Assembly: GCA_036652795.1 (NCBI GenBank)
Contig: JAVVVD010000001.1
Span: 159,363 to 223,362 of the forward strand
Source: Clostridia bacterium
GTDB lineage: Bacteria; Bacillota; Clostridia; Christensenellales; CAG-138
Direction: 5' to 3'
DNA: 64,000 nt
Shown: in pieces, positions 53,122 to 59,817 of the stretch
How the letters are laid out: every line of letters starts with the position of its first letter
Position numbering within the stretch: position 1 is the stretch's first letter
Program-made: the position numbers and the translations under genes
Notes under the pieces: generated by a model
What the model saw: only the letters and a program-made list of their open reading frames with translations
Database searches by the model: none
Told to the model about the DNA's origin: nothing

Positions 53122-54120
53122 ATGGTTAATGATAGTCGTAGTCGTAAATGGCAAATAACTATTAATAATCCATGTGATAAAGGTTTTAGTCATAATAGTA
53201 TAAAAGATATACTTACTACTTTTAAGTCGTTATTGTATTGGTGTATGTGTGATGAAATAGGAACTACTTTTCATACTCATGTGTTTATAGCCTTGGGTGG
53301 TGCTGTGCGATTTTCTACATTGCAAAATAAATTTGATGGTGCGCATTTTGAAATGGCATATGGTACGTGTCAACAAAATCGCGATTATATATGTAAATCA
53401 GGCAAATGGGAAAAAGATCGCAAAAAAGAAACTAACCTTACTGATACTTTCGAAGAATTTGGCGTATTACCTGTTGAGCGTCAAGGTCAGCGAAACGATA
53501 TAATTGATTTATACGATATGATTAAATCTGGTTGTAGTAATTATGAAATCCTTGAAACTAATGCAACTTATATGCTTAATCTTGATAAGGTTGAGCGTAC
53601 ACGTCAAATTATACGTGATGATAAGTATTGCAAGGTATTTCGTCATTTGGAAGTCACTTATATATTTGGTAATGCTGGTTCAGGGAAAACACGTAGTGTA
53701 ATGGATCAATATGGTTATGAAAATGTATATCGTGTTACCGATTACGATCATCCGTTTGATAGTTATAATGGTCAAGATGTAATCGTTTTTGAGGAATTTC
53801 GTAGTAGCATTAAAATTAGCGATATGCTTAACTATCTTGATGGCTATCCGCTTGAATTGCCTTGTCGCTATGCTAATAAGGTGGCATGTTTTACAAAATG
53901 CTATATTATTACCAATATTCCGCTTGAACATCAATATGAGAGTGTACAACAAGATTATAATGAATCGTGGCTTGCTTTTCTTCGCCGTATACATTTCGTG
54001 CATGAATATGGTGTATTTGGTCTTGTTGTATACAAAAGCATAAGCGATTACATGCTTAGATTTGAATCGCCTGAGCAACTTGATATGTCATTGGTTAAGG
54101 TTGGTGATATAAATGTTTGA
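53122..54120 (+). CDS. rep: rolling-circle replication initiator, CRESS-like Rep (HUH endonuclease + SF3 helicase)
   Basis: Motif I WQITINN, HUH-type FHTHVF, motif III DYICKSGK (YxxK), Walker A GNAGSGKT, Walker B VIVFEEF and motif C IITN. Start ATG 53122 follows a GGGGG RBS. The ORF track start 53026 would read through the iterons. Confidence 0.85.
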   Translation: MVNDSRSRKWQITINNPCDKGFSHNSIKDILTTFKSLLYWCMCDEIGTTFHTHVFIALGGAVRFSTLQNKFDGAHFEMAYGTCQQNRDYICKSGKWEKDRKKETNLTDTFEEFGVLPVERQGQRNDIIDLYDMIKSGCSNYEILETNATYMLNLDKVERTRQIIRDDKYCKVFRHLEVTYIFGNAGSGKTRSVMDQYGYENVYRVTDYDHPFDSYNGQDVIVFEEFRSSIKISDMLNYLDGYPLELPCRYANKVACFTKCYIITNIPLEHQYESVQQDYNESWLAFLRRIHFVHEYGVFGLVVYKSISDYMLRFESPEQLDMSLVKVGDINV

Positions 54121-54508
54121 TGTTAGATTAAAATACTATTTATCATTAATTGTAATATGTTTTACTTTATGCTGTTGCTGGTCAGTGTCGTATGCTAACC
54201 AAGGTATTACATCTGATTTAATAACACCTACTGATACGCCCACTGTTACGCCCACTGTTACGCCCACTGTTACACCCACTGTTACACCTACTGATACACC
54301 CACTGGTACACCCACTGGTACACCTACTGATATTAGTCTATTACCAGTTGTCCAAACTCCTGTTATACCTATTAGTACATCTTCAGATATAGATTATACA
54401 TCTTATCTTGATAATCTTTTATCGTATTCTGATGCAATACTATGTGTGTTAATTGCTTTTGGTGTTGTGCTGTTGATATCAATATTTTCAGTGAGGTGGT
54501 TTTTCTGA
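54113..54508 (+). CDS. phage membrane/secreted protein with a (TPTx)9 repeat
   Basis: 131 aa with an N-terminal hydrophobic segment, TPTD/TPTV/TPTG repeats and a C-terminal TM helix. The start overlaps the rep stop. Confidence 0.5.
   Translation: MFDVRLKYYLSLIVICFTLCCCWSVSYANQGITSDLITPTDTPTVTPTVTPTVTPTVTPTDTPTGTPTGTPTDISLLPVVQTPVIPISTSSDIDYTSYLDNLLSYSDAILCVLIAFGVVLLISIFSVRWFF
54224..54331 (+). repeat. nine tandem 12-bp units (ACNCCYACTGNT) encoding TPTx
   Basis: Read directly from the sequence: TPTD TPTV TPTV TPTV TPTV TPTD TPTG TPTG TPTD. Confidence 0.9.
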
Positions 54509-54609
54509 TGTTTGCTATATTTGTTCCTGCTCTTACACTGTTTCTTAGCATTTTTTCTGTACTGTTTATAATAACTTTTTGTATACGATTTTTTTCCTCA
54601 CTTGTTTAA
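54508..54609 (+). CDS. 33-aa hydrophobic protein (pVII/pIX-like minor coat candidate); below the ORF-track length cutoff
   Basis: MFAIFVPALTLFLSIFSVLFIITFCIRFFSSLV. Its ATG overlaps the upstream stop (TGATG). It lies just before the major coat gene, as in Ff phages. Confidence 0.35.
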   Translation: MFAIFVPALTLFLSIFSVLFIITFCIRFFSSLV

Positions 54610-54668
54610 TCTTGGATTAGAACGGACGGCCGCCGTTTTAATAAATAAAATAATAGGAGATTTTTAAC

Positions 54669-54920
54669 ATGACTATTAAAGCTAAGCGTATTCTTTCTGT
54701 TGTATGTGTACTTGTTGTGTCTTTTGCATTTGCTGCCGTTGCGTTCGCTGCTGAGGGCGATGCAGCAACATCTACGCAAGCTATGACTACTGCTTTTACA
54801 ACAATCAAGTCTGATCTCATGTCTGCTGTTGGTGTAATTGCTCCTATTGCTATTGGTATATTTGGTGTTTTTCTGCTTTGGAAGTATGGCAAAAAAATAT
54901 TCAAAACAATTGCTAACTGA
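54669..54920 (+). CDS. inovirus-type major coat protein
   Basis: 83 aa. The signal peptide ends AVAFA|AEGD, and the mature N-terminus AEGD matches that of Ff pVIII. It has an acidic N-terminus, a hydrophobic core (VGVIAPIAIGIFGVFLLW) and a basic C-terminus (KYGKKIFKTIAN). Strong AGGAG RBS. Confidence 0.75.
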   Translation: MTIKAKRILSVVCVLVVSFAFAAVAFAAEGDAATSTQAMTTAFTTIKSDLMSAVGVIAPIAIGIFGVFLLWKYGKKIFKTIAN

Positions 54921-54925
54921 TCTTG

Positions 54926-54960
54926 TGGGCTGCCGCCTTTTTGGCGGTAGCCCAAGTTTT
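54926..54960 (+). terminator. hairpin terminator immediately after the major coat gene
   Basis: TGGGCTGCCGCC-TTTTT-GGCGGTAGCCCA stem followed by AGTTTTT. This is the same placement as the terminator after gene VIII in Ff phages. Confidence 0.7.
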
Positions 54961-54972
54961 TGTGAGGTATTT

Positions 54973-56490
54973 ATGAAAATCACAATCAAAAAAATTGCAT
55001 GCATTGTTCTTGTGTTTTTCTTTTTCTTTGTATATACGTTGCGTTATGCATCACCTGCTTATGCTATTGCGCTCCCTTGGCCATCTGTACTATTTAATTT
55101 ATTTTTCAATTTGGGTGTTAATACTGCTAGTGGTAGATATGATCATGATTTGATTAATATGGAAAACTGGTTTCATGATTTTAAAGATTTTGCATATTCT
55201 GATAAATCTTTTGATGATATGACTCAGCGTGCTATTGATTTATATGGTTCATCATTTGTTACTAAATATGATGCATCCGGTAACCCTTATATAGATGTTG
55301 AGTATGGGCAGTGTAAAAATTTGTGGACTATGTTTAAATCATGGATAGTACCTAAGATATCAGATGGCACTGTTTCATTGCCGTCTAATATTAATTACAA
55401 CGTTGATGGTATGCCGCTTAATAATGCTATACGTATCAAATCATTTGGGTCATTTTCTGGTCGATATCTATCATGTGATGTAGATTATCGATTATATAGA
55501 CTTAATGTATGTAATATTAATAATAAGAATAAGTCTATTGATGCAATTATGGCAATTAAAGTTGATAAAAACATACAATTTACAGCTGATGCTATTGCTA
55601 AACCTGATACAAATCCATCTATACCTGGTAAGCCTGTAATGTTAATGGTATATGATAGTGATTTTCATCGTAATTTTACCAACGGTACTATTAATATCAA
55701 TAATATTGATAATTACTTTACTACATCAGGTTTTGCGATTGCACAGGATATGGGATTATTGATTTATGGTGGCGCTGATTACTGTAGTTATAATCAATAT
55801 AAGGCTTATGGTAGATCTACACAAACTATTGATATATTACGTAATGCACGTTTAAATAGTAATTTTAACGGTATAGAATTTACTAATATTATAAATGAAT
55901 TAGTATGTAGTTTACAACAATATGTATTTTATCCTATTACTGTTGCGACATCCCCAATATCTATACCTTATGATACTGAGGGCGTTGAGGATGTTATAGG
56001 GTCTTGGGGTAATGCTATTGGTGCTGGTGATATTGGTAATGATGTAGTGATATCATTGCCGTTGCCTGCTACTGATGCTGATGTATATACATCATTATTG
56101 GCTGGTATTGATGCATTAACTGCATCTAATGCTCAGCAAGCACGTCTTATAGCATTGTTGCAGCAAGCTATTATTGATGCTCAAACAGCTGCTAAAGTTG
56201 GTGCTAGTGATATTGACATTGATATTGATGATGTTAAGCTGTCAACTGCTATCATGACACGTTTTCCTTTTTGTATACCTTTTGATCTATACAATGCTTT
56301 TGCCGCATTTAGTGGTCTACCACGTAAAGCTCCTAAATGGAGCTTACCATGGTCTGTAAATGGTGTTAATACTTCTATTGATATAGATTTATCTTATTTT
56401 GATAAACTTGCTACTGTTGTTCGATGGGGCGTATTAATTTCATTTAATATTGGCTTGATATTAATTACTCGGAGGTTAATCAAAGCATGA
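54973..56490 (+). CDS. pIII-like minor coat / adsorption protein candidate
   Basis: 505 aa. N-terminal signal MKITIKKIACIVLVFFFFFVYTLRYASPAYA and a C-terminal membrane anchor (VVRWGVLISFNIGLILITRRLIKA). It follows the coat gene. The ORF track start 54838 overlaps the coat gene. Confidence 0.55.
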   Translation: MKITIKKIACIVLVFFFFFVYTLRYASPAYAIALPWPSVLFNLFFNLGVNTASGRYDHDLINMENWFHDFKDFAYSDKSFDDMTQRAIDLYGSSFVTKYDASGNPYIDVEYGQCKNLWTMFKSWIVPKISDGTVSLPSNINYNVDGMPLNNAIRIKSFGSFSGRYLSCDVDYRLYRLNVCNINNKNKSIDAIMAIKVDKNIQFTADAIAKPDTNPSIPGKPVMLMVYDSDFHRNFTNGTININNIDNYFTTSGFAIAQDMGLLIYGGADYCSYNQYKAYGRSTQTIDILRNARLNSNFNGIEFTNIINELVCSLQQYVFYPITVATSPISIPYDTEGVEDVIGSWGNAIGAGDIGNDVVISLPLPATDADVYTSLLAGIDALTASNAQQARLIALLQQAIIDAQTAAKVGASDIDIDIDDVKLSTAIMTRFPFCIPFDLYNAFAAFSGLPRKAPKWSLPWSVNGVNTSIDIDLSYFDKLATVVRWGVLISFNIGLILITRRLIKA

Positions 56491-56753
56491 TTATGTTATT
56501 AGCTGTTGATTTGGGAGGTTTTTTTAATACTATTTGGAGTTCTATAAAGAGTGCTCTTATAAGTGTTGTTAATTTACTACCTGGTTCTCCTTTTCAGGCT
56601 ATTAGTAATGCTCCTGTATCAGAATTTCTAGGTTCGCTTAATTGGATTTTTCCGGTAAGCGAAGTCATTGCGGAACTTCAACTTTGGACTGTGTGTATTG
56701 GTTTATTTTATGTTTATATGGCTATATTGCGTTGGGTTAAAGCTATTGAGTAA
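56487..56753 (+). CDS. pVI-like small membrane protein candidate
   Basis: 88 aa and hydrophobic. The start overlaps the upstream stop (ATGA). It lies between the pIII-like and Zot-like genes. Confidence 0.4.
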   Translation: MIMLLAVDLGGFFNTIWSSIKSALISVVNLLPGSPFQAISNAPVSEFLGSLNWIFPVSEVIAELQLWTVCIGLFYVYMAILRWVKAIE

Positions 56754-56789
56754 TTATTTAATATATTGTGATGTTTGAGGTTTTCTAAT

Positions 56790-57386
56790 ATGATATATTT
56801 GTATAGTGGTACTCCAGGTAGTGGAAAAAGTTTACATGCTACTAAAAAAATTATACAATATTTACGGCTTGGCAGGAGAGTAATTGCAAATTACCCATTG
56901 AATTTAACTGCTTTCCATCTTGGCATTAAAGAACGTAAATTTTTATATAAAGATAATACTGATATAACTCCTGATCTGCTTATAGCTTATTCTCATAAAT
57001 ATTTAAAGCCAGGTCTAGAGGGGCAGTGTGTTTTGGTTTTGGACGAATGTGCAATTATGTTTAATTGTCGCGATATTAACCGAAATGATCGTGCAAAATG
57101 GATTACGTTTTTTCAGCAACATAGAAAATTGGGATATAATGTTATTTTGATATGTCAATTTGATAGAATGTTAGATCGTCAAATACGCTGCTTTATTGAA
57201 TATGAAATTGTTCATAGAAAATTAAATAGTGCTGGTACGGTAGGTTTATTGTTGTCATTGTTTGGCATAAAATTATTTATGGCTATTGAAAAATGGTATG
57301 GCGTGAAAATGCTTACAGGACGCGAAACTTTTACTGTGAGTAAAAAAATATGTAATGCGTACAATAGTTATTCGTTATTTCAATGA
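56790..57386 (+). CDS. Zot/pI-like phage assembly ATPase
   Basis: MIYLYSGTPGSGKSLHA (Walker A at the extreme N-terminus), Walker B CVLVLDEC and a C-terminal TM segment (VGLLLSLFGIKLFMAI). Confidence 0.75.
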   Translation: MIYLYSGTPGSGKSLHATKKIIQYLRLGRRVIANYPLNLTAFHLGIKERKFLYKDNTDITPDLLIAYSHKYLKPGLEGQCVLVLDECAIMFNCRDINRNDRAKWITFFQQHRKLGYNVILICQFDRMLDRQIRCFIEYEIVHRKLNSAGTVGLLLSLFGIKLFMAIEKWYGVKMLTGRETFTVSKKICNAYNSYSLFQ

Positions 57387-57387
57387 T

Positions 57388-57427
57388 AATGTGCAGACGG
57401 GGTTTAGGGGGTCTCCGTCTGCGCATT
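57388..57427. terminator. bidirectional hairpin between the zot-like gene and the convergent DUF2726 gene
   Basis: AATGTGCAGACGG ... CCGTCTGCGCATT 13-bp stem with one wobble, followed by a T-run. Confidence 0.7.
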
Positions 57428-57429
57428 CA

Positions 57430-57993
57430 TTATTTTTTTATTGCTTCTTTTATTGCTTCTTTTATTTGTCTTTCAATATCTTCTTTACTGTAGCTGTAGC
57501 TTGTATGTATTCTTATGATCGATATTTGGGCTGCATTCAATGTGTTGTCGACAAAGTTATCACGTTTTTTACGTTCATCATAATTATGGCTTGCATCGTC
57601 AAGTTCTATCGCGACTAACGGATTTCCGTCTGTGTCTGTTATAAGATAATCAACATGTTTGGATTGTATTTTATTCGTGTATTGTATGCGATTTGATTTA
57701 GCTGTTGTGTCGATAAAATCCCACAACCTCACCTTGGCGAAAAGCAAATAATTATCTGGTATGCATATTTGTAGTATTTTATAAAATTCACTTTCTGCTT
57801 TTGATAATAATATGCGTTTTACATATGGATAATCGTTAATAATCGCATCTTTACACGTTGAACTTTTTATGTTTTTATTTTTTTTAGTTTTAGCTATTAT
57901 AAATCTTATAAGTAAATCAAATGCCATTAGTGCAATTAATATAGCAACTATCGGTTTTATGATATCGATAAAATTTTTCATCATATCATTCAT
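57430..57993 (-). CDS. membrane-anchored DUF2726 (restriction-endonuclease-like fold) protein
   Basis: N-terminal TM helix (IIKPIVAILIALMAFDLLI). Then LSKAESEFYKIL...FAKVRLWDFI...KHVDYLITD...PLVAIELDDASH...RDNFVDNTL, which matches the DUF2726 pattern recalled from memory. Confidence 0.65.
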   Translation of the reverse strand: MNDMMKNFIDIIKPIVAILIALMAFDLLIRFIIAKTKKNKNIKSSTCKDAIINDYPYVKRILLSKAESEFYKILQICIPDNYLLFAKVRLWDFIDTTAKSNRIQYTNKIQSKHVDYLITDTDGNPLVAIELDDASHNYDERKKRDNFVDNTLNAAQISIIRIHTSYSYSKEDIERQIKEAIKEAIKK

Positions 57994-58210
57994 TTAATTC
58001 TCCAATTATTTGATAATTATATTTTCTAAATTATTATGCTATATTATATAGTTTTTATTGAAATAATGCTATATCTAAAAAAACAAATTACTATTTCTTT
58101 CATTGGAAATCCCCCCGCGCAGGGGGGCGATGTTTAAATCATTGCGGGTCACGTCTTTAGAAAGTGACACGCTGATTTTAATATGGGGGGCGTTGAAAGG
58201 AGTAATTATT

Positions 58211-59242
58211 ATGAGCTATCGCCATCTTACCTTTGCAGATCGTAATAAACTAGAAGCATTAACTAAGGCTGGTCATACTCCTAAGTATATAGCTGCATAT
58301 CTGTGTTGTCATGTCTCTACAATTTACCGTGAATTGCGACGTGGAGCATATGATCACATGAATACAGATTTGATTCTTGTTCGATCTTATAGCGCTGACA
58401 TAGCTCAACATGATTATGACTATAAGCAGACTAGCAAAGGTGCTGCATTGAAAATTGGGAATGATTATGGGTTAATGTCATATATAGAGGATATGATATT
58501 ATCTCAGAAATATAGTCCTGATGCTGTAATTGGTAGGATACACCAACAAAGACTGATATTTAATACCGATATATGTACACGTACTTTATATAACTATATT
58601 AATTCTGGTTTGTTTTTAAATTTAACCAATAAAGATTTGCCTATGCGTGGTAAATGTAAAAAATCATATAGACATATACGCTCGGAACAAGTTAAGATGC
58701 CCCTTGCATAATCAATTGAGCAGCGTCCAGATGAAGCAAATTTACGTGATTGGGGTCACTGGGAATTAGATACTGTTGTTGGAAAAGTAGCAAGCAAGTC
58801 ATGTTTGTTAGTACTTACAGAACGTAGCACACGTCATGAGATTGTTCGCAAACTACGTAGTAAAACACAGTCCGAAGTGGTACACGCATTAGATCAACTC
58901 GAACATATATATAAAGATCGTTTCCCTATTATTTTTAAGACTATTACATCAGATAATGGAACTGAATTTTTAAATACTGATTGCATCGAACAATCGTGTA
59001 TTTACAAAAGTGTTGCGCGTACACATTTGTATTACTGCCATCCATATAGTGCATATGAGCGTGGCAGCAATGAAAACGCAAACAAGCTTATACGGCGTCA
59101 TATACCTAAGGGAGATGATATATCAAAATATACTATCAAACAAGTGCAACATATTGAATCGTGGATAAACAATTATCCGCGCAAGATTCTTGGTTATAGA
59201 ACCAGCGCGGAGGTTTTTGCAGAACATTTAAATTCTATATAA
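58211..59242 (+). pseudogene. IS30-family DDE transposase interrupted by a single in-frame TAA (58709-58711)
   Basis: ORFs 58103-58711 and 58805-59242 are in the same frame. N-terminal HTH (STIYRELRRG). The sequence SIEQRPDEANLRDWGHWELDTV continues directly after the stop. D (DTV), D (SDNGTEF) and E (ERGSNENANKLIRR) are all present. Confidence 0.85.
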
Positions 59243-59335
59243 TATTTTTCGCATTTGCTATTGCAATTTACAGGCGGCTAAGCTAAGAGCATAATCCACC
59301 TAAAATCACAAGTTTTATTTCCTCTCATCACCACA

Positions 59336-59374
59336 AAAAGAGACCTATTTCCGCCAAGGGGATAGGTCTTTTTC
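59336..59374 (+). terminator. hairpin terminator (inverted copy of the 52044-52082 hairpin)
   Basis: AGACCTAT ... ATAGGTCT stem followed by TTTTTC. Confidence 0.65.
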
Positions 59375-59417
59375 TATGCTTGAAAATATGCTATAGTCGG
59401 ATAAAGATTGTTTATAT
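59341..59417. repeat. right copy of the inverted repeat pair (partner at 51999-52077)
   Basis: Its reverse complement is near-identical to 51999-52077. Confidence 0.9.
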
Positions 59418-59448
59418 AAATCGTTTATACAATAGGAGGGAATTAAAT

Positions 59449-59700
59449 ATGAAAAAAAGTATTTATATTATTGGAAGTGTTGAGATTGTGGTTGGGTCAT
59501 TGCTATTGTGTATAAGTTCTATTATCAAAGAAACGTTACCTATTTTAGGACGGATTGCATATCAAGCGGCAGCGGCTGGGAGTTATAGCCCCAGTGATTA
59601 CACAACATCATTTTTGTTCGCAAATGTGATTGCTGTGCTGTTAATGGTTGCAGGGATTGTTCAAATCGTATATCAATATAAAAAACTCCATATTCAATAA
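59449..59700 (+). CDS. small hypothetical membrane protein
   Basis: 83 aa from MKKSIYIIGSV with a GGAGGG RBS. Two hydrophobic helices. The ORF track start is 59380. Confidence 0.5.
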   Translation: MKKSIYIIGSVEIVVGSLLLCISSIIKETLPILGRIAYQAAAAGSYSPSDYTTSFLFANVIAVLLMVAGIVQIVYQYKKLHIQ

Positions 59701-59817
59701 ATAGATTGACCTCGTCAAATGAGCTTTTTTCTCATATTACGAGAGCAACTCCAAGGTTGTAGGGTAGTATTCTCTTTGTCGAAACGGTAGAATATATACA
59801 GAAAAACAAATCATCGG

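Larger units (their letters stand above)
52690..59270 (+). mobile_element. integrated filamentous-phage-like (inovirus-type) element with a CRESS-type replication module, a DUF2726 gene and an IS30-family transposase. Boundaries are approximate, taken from the composition shift.
   Basis: The sequence becomes abruptly AT-rich relative to its flanks. It holds an Ff-like ordered set of small coat, assembly and ATPase genes, a Rep gene with its origin hairpin, and a transposase at the distal end. Confidence 0.75.

Noticed and set aside
54224-54331. A possible CRISPR-like or other non-coding repeat array. A similar 12-bp repeat lies at about 39010-39060.
   Set aside because: The units are contiguous 12-bp in-frame coding repeats with no spacers. 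They encode TPTx in one case and CGNS motifs in the other. They are not CRISPR arrays.
54838-54972. The N-terminal extension of the pIII-like ORF, which overlaps the coat gene and its terminator.
   Set aside because: It would read through the hairpin terminator at 54926-54960. ATG 54973 has an RBS and gives a normal signal peptide.
58107-58131. A GC-rich hairpin (CCCCCC-GCGCA-GGGGGG) inside the AT-rich element, considered as a possible IS30 terminal repeat or attP core.
   Set aside because: I could find no matching inverted copy near 59243-59340. Its function is unresolved, so it is not called as a feature.
58709-58711. Programmed recoding (read-through or selenocysteine-type) of the TAA in the IS30-family transposase.
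   Set aside because: The codon is TAA, not TGA, and no downstream structure typical of recoding signals was seen. A simple nonsense mutation is the more economical explanation, though sequencing error cannot be excluded.
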